From Thermodesulfobacteriota bacterium (GTDB taxonomy: Bacteria; Desulfobacterota_D; UBA1144; Nemesobacterales; Mycalebacteriaceae), in assembly GCA_965226585.1 (NCBI GenBank), contig OZ245366.1, positions 960,001 through 1,024,000 on the forward strand: DNA of 64,000 bases, given 5' to 3'. Position 1 is the stretch's first letter; each line of letters starts with the position of its first letter. A program made the translations under genes and the position numbers. Below the pieces are notes generated by a model that searched no databases, was not told where the DNA came from, and saw only the letters and a program-made list of their open reading frames with translations. Of this stretch, positions 1-10,500 are shown piece after piece.

Positions 1-2641
1 GTTTGCGTTCGCTTTGAAGCAGTTTTTTTGAAACTTCCTCAAGCTCTTTTCTGACAGCGCCGGCATCTCTCCGCTCGCGGGATTCATCTGTTTTTTCGGG
101 TTTTATTTTGAGCCTGATATTAAACCTTTTTCCGGGTTTGTCTTCCGTTCCGCTTTCGCAGGTAAAGGATATCGGACATTCAAACCCTTCAAGATGTGAG
201 AATTCCTCTTCATCCGAACAGAACGAGAAGGATGATATTCCCGCGAGTTTTTCAAGCACGGCGGAGCAAGATTCAATTAAATCGCGCGTTTCTTTTCCGC
301 CCTTCCCTTTTTCGGACAGGAAAAAAACTTCTATTTTTTCAGACACTTTAATTCCTGCGGTTCCCCTGCGGACGCGTATCTCATCAACCAGCCCCTCAAA
401 CAGAAAACTCATATTTTCGTGGTCGCGGCTGAAATCACGCGCGATTTTTTCATCACAAACGGGGTAGTCCAAATCAAGCAGGCTGAGCGGCCGGGCTCCG
501 AGTGTTTGTCTTATTCTGTCGTTAATCTCTTCGGCAAGATGCGGGCAGAATGGGTGAAGGGCTCTCGCGGAGCAGTAGAGAGTGTGGAAAAGCGTGCGCG
601 CCGCTGTTTTTGCCCGGGCGGGGTCGTCTCCGTATATGGAGATTTTTGCGGTTTCTATGTAGCGGTCACAAAAATCTCTCCAGAAAAAGCGGTATATCTC
701 CTGCGCCGCTTTTCCGAATTCGTAGTTTTCCATATAGCCGTCAATCTTTTTCAGGGCGATATTCATTGCCGCGATTATCCATTTGTCGGCCGAGGAAAGC
801 CCGTCTTTATTGATTGAAAAGCCCGGCTCCAGAATTTCTTTTATTTCTTCCGTGTCTGCATCGCCGGTTTCAAGAATAAAACGGCTCGCGTTCCACACCT
901 TGTTCATAAAGTTTCTGTAACCCCTGATTGCCGAAATGGAGAGGTCTATGTCTCTTCCGCCCGAAGTGAGCGCGCAAAGGCAGAAACGCAGAGCGTCTGC
1001 GCCGAATTCGTCCGCAATTTCAAGCGGGTCTATCACGTTACCCTTGGTTTTGCTCATCTTCTCGCCTTTTTCGTCCCGCACAAGACCGTGAATATAGATG
1101 TCTGTGAAAGGCGCCCTGCCCGTGAACTGAAGTCCCATCATCGCCATTCTGGCGACCCAGAAAAATATGATGTCAAAACCCGTTATCAGAACGCTTGTGG
1201 GATAGTATTTTTCAAGCAGGGCGTTCTCGCGGGGCCAGTCCATTGTGGCAAACGGCCATAGGGCTGAAGAAAACCATGTGTCCAGAACATTGGAATCTCT
1301 TGTGAGTTCAACCTGTTTTCCGTAATGTTTTTCCGCCAGTTTCCGCGCGGATTCTTCGTCTTTCTCAACAAACACCTCTCCGTCAGGCCCGTACCATGCC
1401 GGTATCTGATGTCCCCACCACAACTGCCTTGATATGCACCACGGCTCTATGTTGTTCATCCACCGGAAGTAGGTTCTCTCCCAGAACTTCGGGTGAAACT
1501 TCATTTTGCCCTCTTCAACCGCCTTCACCGCCTCGCGCGCGAACTCGCTTACTTCCATGTACCACTGCTCCATAAGGCGCGGCTCTATAACCGCTCCAGA
1601 CCTGTCGCCGTAGGGAACCGTGTGCGAAATCTCTTCGGTTTTTTCAAGAAATCCGCCCGCTTCAAGGTCTTTAAGAAGTTGCTTTCTCGCCTCAAACCTC
1701 TCAAGCCCCCCGTATTTTCCGGGAACGTTTTCATTAAGGCGCATATCTTCGTCAAATATGTTCACAAGCGGCAGGTCGTGTCTTCTGCCCACCTCAAAGT
1801 CGTTAAAATCGTGAGCGGGGGTTATCTTCACCGCGCCGCTTCCCTTTTCGGGGTCTGAGTACTCATCGGCTATTATCGGAATAGTTTTGCCGGTGAGCGG
1901 AAGCTCCACTTCCGTGCCCACAAGTTTTTTGTATCTCTCATCTTCGGGATGAACCGCAACAGCCACGTCGCCGAGCATGGTTTCGGGTCTTGTGGTTGCC
2001 ACAACTATGGAGCCTTCACCGTTTTTAAACGGATATTTTATGTGCCAGTAATGACCCGGAACCTCTTTCTGCTCAACCTCCAGGTCTGAAACGGCGGTTT
2101 TCAGGCCAGGGTCGTAATTAACAAGACGATTGTCGCGTCTGATAAAACCCTTTCCGTAAAGGTCAACAAACACGCTCTTTACGGCTTCGGAGAAACCGTC
2201 ATCCATCGTGAAACGTTCTCTGCTCCAGTCGGGAATAAATCCCATCGTGCGTATCTGCTCAAGGATTTTTTCGCTTGACTGCTCCTTGAACTCCAGAACT
2301 TTCTCAAGGAACGCCTCTTTTCCGAGGTCTTCCCTGCTTCCGCCCTCTTTTGCCAGTTCGCGCTCAACCACCATTTGAGTGGCAATTCCGGCGTGGTCTG
2401 TTCCCGGAACCCAGAGAACGTCAAAGCCCTTCATTTTTTTATAGCGGACAAGAACATCCTGAAGCGTGTTGTTCAGGGCGTGCCCTATGTGCAGAGAGCC
2501 CGTAACATTGGGCGGGGGCATAACGATTGAGAAAGCGGGACGTTTTCCGCCGCCGCCTGCCGGAGACTTGAACTTTTCATTCTCAATCCAGAATGTCCGC
2601 CATTTTTTTTCAAGCGGACCCGGATTGTAGGACTTTTCCAT
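1..2641 (-). CDS. valS: Valyl-tRNA synthetase, 3' end runs off the window
   Basis: Manual translation from ATG at 2641 gives MEKSYNPGPLEKKW...PPPNVTGSLHIGHALNNTLQD (HIGH motif) and EKMSKTKGN (KMSKS motif, ~1040-1063). It is missing from the ORF track because there is no stop in the window. Confidence 0.96.
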   Translation of the reverse strand, partial: MEKSYNPGPLEKKWRTFWIENEKFKSPAGGGGKRPAFSIVMPPPNVTGSLHIGHALNNTLQDVLVRYKKMKGFDVLWVPGTDHAGIATQMVVERELAKEGGSREDLGKEAFLEKVLEFKEQSSEKILEQIRTMGFIPDWSRERFTMDDGFSEAVKSVFVDLYGKGFIRRDNRLVNYDPGLKTAVSDLEVEQKEVPGHYWHIKYPFKNGEGSIVVATTRPETMLGDVAVAVHPEDERYKKLVGTEVELPLTGKTIPIIADEYSDPEKGSGAVKITPAHDFNDFEVGRRHDLPLVNIFDEDMRLNENVPGKYGGLERFEARKQLLKDLEAGGFLEKTEEISHTVPYGDRSGAVIEPRLMEQWYMEVSEFAREAVKAVEEGKMKFHPKFWERTYFRWMNNIEPWCISRQLWWGHQIPAWYGPDGEVFVEKDEESARKLAEKHYGKQVELTRDSNVLDTWFSSALWPFATMDWPRENALLEKYYPTSVLITGFDIIFFWVARMAMMGLQFTGRAPFTDIYIHGLVRDEKGEKMSKTKGNVIDPLEIADEFGADALRFCLCALTSGGRDIDLSISAIRGYRNFMNKVWNASRFILETGDADTEEIKEILEPGFSINKDGLSSADKWIIAAMNIALKKIDGYMENYEFGKAAQEIYRFFWRDFCDRYIETAKISIYGDDPARAKTAARTLFHTLYCSARALHPFCPHLAEEINDRIRQTLGARPLSLLDLDYPVCDEKIARDFSRDHENMSFLFEGLVDEIRVRRGTAGIKVSEKIEVFFLSEKGKGGKETRDLIESCSAVLEKLAGISSFSFCSDEEEFSHLEGFECPISFTCESGTEDKPGKRFNIRLKIKPEKTDESRERRDAGAVRKELEEVSKKLLQSERK

Positions 2642-2664
2642 ACCACCCGAAACAGGAGGCACGG

Positions 2665-5600
2665 CTATACCCCCGGTTTTTCTGTAAGGTTTTCGGATTT
2701 GGTTTCTTCAACCAGAGGCACTGAAACTATCTCTTCCTCTTCCTTGTCAATCGTGATGTTTCTGTAAACATCAAGCCCCGTGCCGGCGGGAATCAGCTTG
2801 CCGATAATGACGTTCTCTTTGAGACCTTTCAGTTTGTCCTCTTTGCCCTCGCAAGCGGCTTCGGTGAGGATTTTTGTTGTTTCCTGGAAGGAAGCGGCGG
2901 ACAGCCAGCTCTCCGTGCTGAGAGATGAACGGGTTATTCCGAGAAGCAGAGGCTCCGCCGTTGCGGGTTTTCCGTCCTGCTCTTCCACCTCTGAGTTTTC
3001 CTTGTGGAAAAGAGTTTTGCTCACCGGCTCTCCGGGAAGCATGGTTGTGTCTCCGGGGTCTTTTATCTTCACCCTCTTGAGCATCTGCCTGACAATCACC
3101 TCTATGTGTTTGTCGTTTATCCTGACGCCCTGAAGTTTGTACACTTCCTGAATTTCATTGACAAGGAACTCGCTGAGCGCCTTTTCACCCTTAATTTTCA
3201 GGATGTCGTGCGGGTTTTCATCACCGTCCACAAGCTTTTCTCCGGCGACAACAAAGTCTCCCCCTCTCACGAGAATGTGTTCTCCTCTCGGAACGATGTA
3301 TTCCTTTTTCTCTCCAATTTTCGGCTGGACAAACACGCGCCTTTTGCCCTTGAAGTCATCTCCGAAGGAAACATTGCCGTCAATCTCGCTCACTATCGCG
3401 AGGTCTTTCGGAATGCGGGCTTCAAACAACTCCGCGACTCTCGGCAGACCGCCGGTTATGTCTTTCGTTTTCGCGGTTTCTTTCGGAATTTTCGCGATAA
3501 TGTCGCCCGGTTTTACCTCTTCGCCGTCGCTTTTCTCTATAATCGCGCCGGTGGGAAGGTCTTCGGACTGCAGGGAATCCCGGTTTGCTGAAGTCGCGCC
3601 GCCTTTGAGAAGGACTATCCTCGGCTTCAGTTTGGTGTTCTTGGTTTCTATCACAACTTTTTCAAGCATTCCGGTTACCTCGTCCACCTGCTCTTTCAGC
3701 GTGATACCTGATTCAAGGTCTTCCCATTTTACCGTTCCCGAAGTCTCGGAAATAATCGGCGTTGTGTACGGGTCCCATTCGGCAAGAAGGGTTTTTTCCT
3801 TAACCTTCTCCCCGTCTTTGACCTTGAGCCGCGAGCCCAGTTCAAGTTTGTGGTTTTCCCTTTCGTAGCCCTTGTCATCCACAACGGATACGCGCCCGTT
3901 TCTGTTGGTTACGATAAGCACGCCACCGGTTTCCACGGTTTCCAGACTGGACATTTTTATTATGCCGGCGTAGTTGTTCTCAAGCGTGTTCTGCATCGCG
4001 CTCTGGCTTGCCGCTCCGCCAATGTGGAAGGTTCTCATCGTGAGCTGTGTTCCCGGCTCTCCGATGGACTGCGCCGCCATAATTCCAACAGCTTCGCCGA
4101 TGTCCACTATCTTTCCGGTTGACAGGTTTCTGCCATAGCAAAGGCGGCATATTCCCTCTTCGGTGTCGCAGGTGAGAACGGAACGGATTTTGATTTCGCT
4201 GATGCTGCTTGCGTTGATTTTGTCAGCCGCTTCGTTGTCTATTTCCTCTCCGCCTTTAACTATGGTTTCTCCCGTGTCGGGATCTTTGAGGTCGTCAAGA
4301 ACAACCCTTCCGAGCACTCTGTCTCCCACTCTTTCGCGTACCTTGCCTCCCTCCACGATGTTTGTGTAGAGAAGCCCCTCAATCGTGCGGCAGTTTTCTT
4401 CCGTAACGATTATGTCGTGGGCAACATCTATCAGTTTTCTGGTCAAATGTCCCGCGTTCGCGGTTTTAAGCGCGGTGTCTGCAAGACCTTTTCTTGCTCC
4501 GTGAGTTGAGATGAAGTAGTCCATCACCTTCATTCCTTCCCTGAAGTTTGAAGTTATGGGCTTCTCAATAATCGTGCCGTCCGGCCGCGCCATCAGTCCC
4601 CTCATTCCGGCAAGCTGCCTCACCTGAGTTTTACTTCCGCGCGCGCCCGAATCTATCATCATGTAGATGGGGTTTGAACTTGAGCCGTGTTTCTCTTCGC
4701 CGGACTCGTCGCTTACGGTGTCAAACTTGATGTTCTCCATCATTTCGTCCGCAACCTCATCACTGGTTTTAGACCAGATGTCCACAATCTTGTTGTAACG
4801 TTCGCCGTCCGTGATAAGACCCTGCGAATGCTGTTCCCTGACCTTCTCCTCTTCCTTCCGAGCCTGTTCAACAAGACGCTCTTTGTTGCCGGGAATTTCC
4901 ATGTCGTTGATGGAAATTGAGATACCGGACTTGGTCGCGTATTTGAAACCGAGAGTTCTTATGCGGTCTGCCATAACAACGGTTTCCTTGCCGCCTTTCA
5001 TTCTGAAGCAGGTGTCCACAAGGCCTTCAACCTCATGCTTGCTCATGGGCTTGTTGACAAGGTCAAACGGAAGGCTTTCCGGAATCGCTTCGTGGTAAAG
5101 AATCACCCTTCCGACTGTTGTCTCAACAGTATCGGCTTTGATTTTCACCTTTATCCGCGCGTGAATGCCCAGATAACCGGAGTTGTAAGCCATAATCACC
5201 TCTTCGGGCGAAGAGAGATATTTGCCGTCTCCTTTGCTGTGAGCGGAGTCTTTTGTCATGTAGTAGATTCCGAGCACGATATCTTGAGTTGGCAGAATAA
5301 CGGGCTTGCCGTGAGCGGGTGAAAGTATGTTGTTGGTAGACATCACCAGCGTCCGGCATTCGGTTTGCGCCTCAACTGAGAGAGGAACGTGAACCGCCAT
5401 CTGGTCGCCGTCAAAGTCTGCGTTGTATGCCGGGCAGACAAGCGGGTGAACCCTGATAGATCTGTCCTCCACAAGCACCGGCTCGAATGCCTGTATGCTC
5501 AATTTGTGGAGAGTCGGGGCGCGGTTAAGCATAACCATGTGCTCTTTGATAACGTCATCAAGAGCGTCCCAAACAACCGGCGAGCTTGTCTCAACAAACT

Positions 5601-7548
5601 TCTTTGCTATCTTGATTGTGGGAGCGATGGGGCTTCCGTCTTTGTTTTTCCACTCCTGCAGTTTCTGATAGATGAACGGCCTGAAAAGTTCAAGCGCCAT
5701 CTGTTTGGGAAGTCCGCACTGATGGAGTTTCAGGTCGGGACCAACCGTTATGACAGAACGCCCGGAGTAGTCAACCCTCTTTCCAAGAAGGTTCTGGCGG
5801 AATCTTCCGCTTTTGCCCTTGATAATGTCCGTCAAACTTTTGAGCGGACGGTGGTTGTGTCCCAGAACGGGGCTTCCTCTTCTCCCGTTTTCAAACAGGG
5901 CGTCAACCGCCTCCTGAAGCATCCTCTTCTCGTTCCTGACGATAATGTCCGGAGCGTCAAGTTCCTGAAGTCTTTTCAGCCTGTTGTTTCTGTTGATAAT
6001 CCTTCTGTAGAGAACATTCAGGTCTGAAGTCGCGAAACGCCCTCCGTGCGGAACAAGCGGACGCAGGTCCGGCGGGAGCACGGGAATGGTTGTCAAAACC
6101 ATCCATTCGGGGCGGTTGTTTGACTTGCGAAAAGTCTCGCAAATTTTGCGCCTTTTCGCTATTTTTCCCTTCTTGAGCGGCGAACTGGATTCCTGCATCT
6201 CAGTTTTCAGTTCTTCGGAAAGCGCCTTCAAATCAGTGCTTTTCAGCATGTTGTAAATAGCTTCCGCGCCCATGCCGTATGTGTAGTCAACCACGAACTC
6301 ATCATCGGCTTTGGCAAGAATCTCTATTTCCTCACCCGTAAAGGTTGAGTTTTTTATCATTTTGTTGAGGTCGTCCTGAGACTTTTTCATCTCCGCCTTT
6401 GTCCTTTCAAGGCTCTCATGGGCGGACTTCAGATGAGGCGGAACCTCTTCGCCTTCAGCTTCAACTTTTTTCAGATGTTTTTCAGCCTCTTTCAGGGCTT
6501 TCCTCATGGCGGCGTGCTCTTTCTTGCCGTCTCCCTTGAGAAGGTTGTCGCGAGACGCGCTCACAGCGTCTGAGCCGGAAATGGCTTTAAACGCTTCCTG
6601 TATTTTCTTGTCGCTTGAGGGCAGTTCCTCAAGTCCGAGGGCTTTGTAGTCAGCCGCGAATTTGCTTTCAAACTCTTTTTTCACAGAGTTGACGGCGTCT
6701 TTCGCGTCTTTAAGTTTTCCGCCCTTTTTTGTGTCTTCAGATTCAGACACTTTGGCGTCGTAAGCGGTGCGCTCTTTCGCGATTTTCTCTTTCGCGCTGA
6801 GAAACGAAGCCACAATTCTCTTCGCGTCCATTGCGGACACTCCCGTTTTTCCGGACATAATGCCCTGAAGCGAAAACTTTGTCGCCACTTCTGCCGGAAT
6901 CAGATGTTTGTACCAGCAGTCTTTCACCAGAAACATCTCTTCCTCACCCATAAGCAGATGCGTCAGGCGTTCCGCCTCTTCAGCGGTTTCAAGTTGGGAG
7001 GATACGTCTCCGGGCAGTCCTTTGAGAGATGATATAACGTATTCCGCCTCTCTGAGTCTGGAAAGTTCTTCTTCTGTGAGGGTCTGTCCCATTTTCAGGG
7101 AAGATGTTCCCGGGTCTATTACGGCGTGAGACTCGTAGTAGAGAACCCTGTCAAGGTCTCTGAGGCTCATGTCAAGTATCATTCCGATACGGCTGGGCGT
7201 ACTGCGGAGAAACCATATGTGGACAACGGGCGAAGCGAGGTCTATGTGCGCCATTCTTTCGCGCCTGAGTTTGGAGGTTGTAACCTCAACGCCGCATTTT
7301 TCGCAGACAATCCCTCTGTGTTTCAGCCTTTTGTACTTTCCGCACGCGCACTCGTAGTCTTTTACGGGTCCGAATATTTTTGGGCAGAACAGGCCGTTTT
7401 TCTCCGGCTTGAACGTTCTGTAGTTTATCGTTTCGGGCTTCTTGACCTCTCCGTGAGACCACGATTTTATGGCTTCAGGAGACGCTATTGATATCTGAAC
7501 CCCGGAGTAGTTGTCCGATTTATCTTTTACTATATCTTCAAAATCCAT
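2665..7548 (-). CDS. rpoC: DNA-directed RNA polymerase beta-prime subunit with a large N-terminal insertion
   Basis: KPETINYRT, Zn-finger CxCG..C..C, catalytic YNADFDGDQM, TQLTMRTFH trigger loop followed by an SI3-type insert; follows rpoB. Confidence 0.99.
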   Translation of the reverse strand: MDFEDIVKDKSDNYSGVQISIASPEAIKSWSHGEVKKPETINYRTFKPEKNGLFCPKIFGPVKDYECACGKYKRLKHRGIVCEKCGVEVTTSKLRRERMAHIDLASPVVHIWFLRSTPSRIGMILDMSLRDLDRVLYYESHAVIDPGTSSLKMGQTLTEEELSRLREAEYVISSLKGLPGDVSSQLETAEEAERLTHLLMGEEEMFLVKDCWYKHLIPAEVATKFSLQGIMSGKTGVSAMDAKRIVASFLSAKEKIAKERTAYDAKVSESEDTKKGGKLKDAKDAVNSVKKEFESKFAADYKALGLEELPSSDKKIQEAFKAISGSDAVSASRDNLLKGDGKKEHAAMRKALKEAEKHLKKVEAEGEEVPPHLKSAHESLERTKAEMKKSQDDLNKMIKNSTFTGEEIEILAKADDEFVVDYTYGMGAEAIYNMLKSTDLKALSEELKTEMQESSSPLKKGKIAKRRKICETFRKSNNRPEWMVLTTIPVLPPDLRPLVPHGGRFATSDLNVLYRRIINRNNRLKRLQELDAPDIIVRNEKRMLQEAVDALFENGRRGSPVLGHNHRPLKSLTDIIKGKSGRFRQNLLGKRVDYSGRSVITVGPDLKLHQCGLPKQMALELFRPFIYQKLQEWKNKDGSPIAPTIKIAKKFVETSSPVVWDALDDVIKEHMVMLNRAPTLHKLSIQAFEPVLVEDRSIRVHPLVCPAYNADFDGDQMAVHVPLSVEAQTECRTLVMSTNNILSPAHGKPVILPTQDIVLGIYYMTKDSAHSKGDGKYLSSPEEVIMAYNSGYLGIHARIKVKIKADTVETTVGRVILYHEAIPESLPFDLVNKPMSKHEVEGLVDTCFRMKGGKETVVMADRIRTLGFKYATKSGISISINDMEIPGNKERLVEQARKEEEKVREQHSQGLITDGERYNKIVDIWSKTSDEVADEMMENIKFDTVSDESGEEKHGSSSNPIYMMIDSGARGSKTQVRQLAGMRGLMARPDGTIIEKPITSNFREGMKVMDYFISTHGARKGLADTALKTANAGHLTRKLIDVAHDIIVTEENCRTIEGLLYTNIVEGGKVRERVGDRVLGRVVLDDLKDPDTGETIVKGGEEIDNEAADKINASSISEIKIRSVLTCDTEEGICRLCYGRNLSTGKIVDIGEAVGIMAAQSIGEPGTQLTMRTFHIGGAASQSAMQNTLENNYAGIIKMSSLETVETGGVLIVTNRNGRVSVVDDKGYERENHKLELGSRLKVKDGEKVKEKTLLAEWDPYTTPIISETSGTVKWEDLESGITLKEQVDEVTGMLEKVVIETKNTKLKPRIVLLKGGATSANRDSLQSEDLPTGAIIEKSDGEEVKPGDIIAKIPKETAKTKDITGGLPRVAELFEARIPKDLAIVSEIDGNVSFGDDFKGKRRVFVQPKIGEKKEYIVPRGEHILVRGGDFVVAGEKLVDGDENPHDILKIKGEKALSEFLVNEIQEVYKLQGVRINDKHIEVIVRQMLKRVKIKDPGDTTMLPGEPVSKTLFHKENSEVEEQDGKPATAEPLLLGITRSSLSTESWLSAASFQETTKILTEAACEGKEDKLKGLKENVIIGKLIPAGTGLDVYRNITIDKEEEEIVSVPLVEETKSENLTEKPGV

Positions 7549-7566
7549 TGTGCTTACAGCCTCCTG

Positions 7567-10500
7567 TTATTTTTCCGCCCTTGTTTCATTTTCTTCGCCT
7601 GAGTCTGGAGTCAGTTCTATCTGCAGTCCGAGAGATTGAAGCTCTTTTCTGAGAACGTTGAAAGATTCGGGAAGTCCCGGATCAAGCGACATTTTCCCTT
7701 CAACAATTGACGCGAACATTTTTGTTCTTCCGGCAACGTCATCAGACTTGACGGTAAGAAACTCCTGAAGTGTGTGCGCCGCGCCGTATGCCTCAAGAGC
7801 CCACACTTCCATCTCTCCAAGTCTCTGTCCGCCGAAGTGCGCTTTTCCTCCGAGCGGCTGCTGGGTGACAAGAGAGTACGGACCTATTGAACGCGCGTGT
7901 ATTTTCTCTTCAACCAGATGGTGGAGTTTCAGCATATACATAATTCCCACCGTAACTTTCTGGTCGAACGGCTCGCCCGTAAGCCCGTCAAACAGGATTG
8001 TTTTCCCGTCATCGGAAAGCTCGGCGAGTTCCATAAATTTCTTTATCTCCTCTTCCTTTGCTCCGTCAAAAACGGGCGAAGAAACCGGAACACCGTTTTT
8101 GAGAGACACGATAAAATCGCGCACCTGCCCGGCGCTCATTTTGTCTATAAAAGAGGTGTCCACACAGCCCTTTGTGTAGACCTCTTTCAACTTGCTCTTT
8201 ATGGCGTCCGCGCTGTAATTTTTCTCTATGTGTTCGTTTATCTGCTTTCCAATCACCTTGCTTGCCCAGCCGAGGTGAGTTTCCAGCACCTGCCCCACGT
8301 TCATCCTTGAAGGAACTCCGAGCGGGTTCAGAACCATGTCAACGGGGGTTCCGTCTTCCATGTAGGGCATGTCTTCCTGAGGAAGTATCTTTGATATAAC
8401 GCCCTTGTTTCCGTGCCGCCCCGCCATTTTGTCTCCGACCTGCAGGTTCATCTTCACCGCAACGTAGACCTTGACGGTTTTCAGAACTCCCGGAGGAAGG
8501 TCGTCTTTCTGCTCAAGTTTTTTCTTCTTGTCCTCGTATTTGGCTTGAAGCGTCTCTATCTGCTCTTCGCAGAGAGCAACTGTTTCTTTGACCTGAGCAA
8601 GCAGGGTTTTCGGCTCAACCTTGATGCTTTTCGCGCCTTCAAGAGACAGAAGCCGCACAGATTCTTGAGTGAACGCCTCGCCTTTTGAGATAACTTTTGA
8701 ACCCTTCACCGTGATGTTCGCGGACGCTTTTTTGCCCTTCAGAACAGACGCTATGTAGTCAAGCGCGCTCTGCTCAAGAATGCTTTTCTCGTATTGAGTC
8801 GCCTGGCTTATTTTGTCAATTTCTTTTATCTCAATCTCTTTCGCTCTCGCGCTTTTCTCCTCAACCGAGCGCGATGTGAGCACCTTAACGTCTATGACCG
8901 TTCCGGCTATTGAAGAGTGGCTTTTCAGGGAAGTGTCTTTCACGTCTCTTGCCTTGTCGCCGAATATTGCCCGCAGAAGTTTTTCTTCCTGCGAAAGCTG
9001 CATCTCGCCCTTGGGAGATATTTTGCCGACAAGTATGTCGCCCATATTGACCGTGGCTCCAACACGGACTATGCCGCTATCGTCAAGATTCTTGAGCGCG
9101 TCTTCTCCAACATTTGGAATGTCGCGGGTTATCTCTTCCCTGCCAAGTTTTGTTTCTCTCGCCTGACACTCAAACTCCTCTATGTGCACGGAGGTGAATA
9201 CGTTGTCTTTTACGATTCTTTCACTGATAAGTATCGCGTCCTCAAAGTTGTATCCCCCCCACGGCATAAACGCCACCATGATGTTCTGCCCGAGCGCAAG
9301 TTCGCCGTTTTTGGTTGAGGGACCGTCCGCGATGACCTGCCCTTTCTTGATTTTCTGCCCTTTGGAAACGATGGGCGTCTGGTTCCAGCATGTGCCCTGA
9401 TTGGACTTGTGGAACTTTATCATTTTGTATATCTCAACGCCCATGCCCGCAGAGTCAGATTTTTTGTCTTTGTTATTCCTCACGACTATAACCTCGGCGT
9501 CTGAGTGGATGACCTCTCCGTCCGCCTTTGCTATAACCGCAACTCCCGAGTCTCTGGCAACCGAAGATTCAAGCCCGGTTCCCACAAGCGGAGAGTTCGC
9601 CCTTATGAGGGGAGCCGCCTGCCTCTGCATGTTCGAGCCCATAAGAGCCCTGTTCGCGTCATCATGCTCAAGGAACGGTATGAGAGACGCGGAGATGGAA
9701 ACAAGCTGGGAAGGCGAAACGTCCATGTGCGTAACTTTTTCCTTCTCCACCATTTTTATTTCGCCCTCAGAGCGGGAGGAAACAAAGTCCAGCATGAACT
9801 TGCCGTTCCCGTCAAGAGGTGCGTTTGCCTGAGCGATAACGATGTCTTTCTCTTCCTCTTCCAGAGCGCTCATTTTTACTATTTTGTCCGTCACCTTCCC
9901 GCTCTCAACGATACGGTACGGGGCTCTGATGAAGCCGTAGTTGTCAATCTCGGCATAGGTACTGATGCTTGAAATAAGCCCGATGTTCGGACCCTCAGGC
10001 GTTTCAACGGGGCAGATTCTTCCGTAGTGGGAAGAGTGCACGTCTCTTACCGCAAAGCCCGCTCTTTCTCTTGTCAGACCTTTGGGTCCCAGAGCGCTGA
10101 GGCGTCTTTTGTGTGTTATCTCAGACAGCGGGTTCGTCTGATCCATAAACTGCGAAAGCTGTCCGGTTTTGAAAAAGTCTTTCACTATCGTGTCCACGAC
10201 CTTCGGAACAACTATCTCTCTGGGCATTTTGTTCTCTATGCTCTGATACCCGATTCTCTCTTTTACGGAACGCGCAAATCTCTCAAGACCGCTGTAAAAA
10301 GTTTCCTCTATCAGTTCGCCGACCGTTTTAACCCTGCGGTTGCCCAGATGGTCGATGTCATCCGCAGACCTGCGTCCGCCTTTGAGTTCAAGCAGATATT
10401 TCAGGGTTTGGATTATGTCCTCTCTTTTGAGCACAAGGATGTCTTCATCAACGTTGTGCTTTAGTTTGTAGTTCAGTTTCTTTCTGCCGACTTGCGAAAG

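Noticed and set aside
108..2424. Short ORFs listed in the first 2.4 kb, and the many antisense ORFs across the window
   Set aside because: They are shadows of valS and other long genes, with no recognisable motifs.
6305..7045. Intein in rpoC
   Set aside because: No Cys/Ser-start and His-Asn-end splice motifs or LAGLIDADG blocks are visible; the composition is coiled-coil-like.
10075..10175. Intrinsic rifampicin resistance in RpoB cluster I
   Set aside because: The key residues (Q513, D516, H526 and S531 equivalents) are wild type. Only GPGG to GPKG differs, which I cannot tie to resistance.
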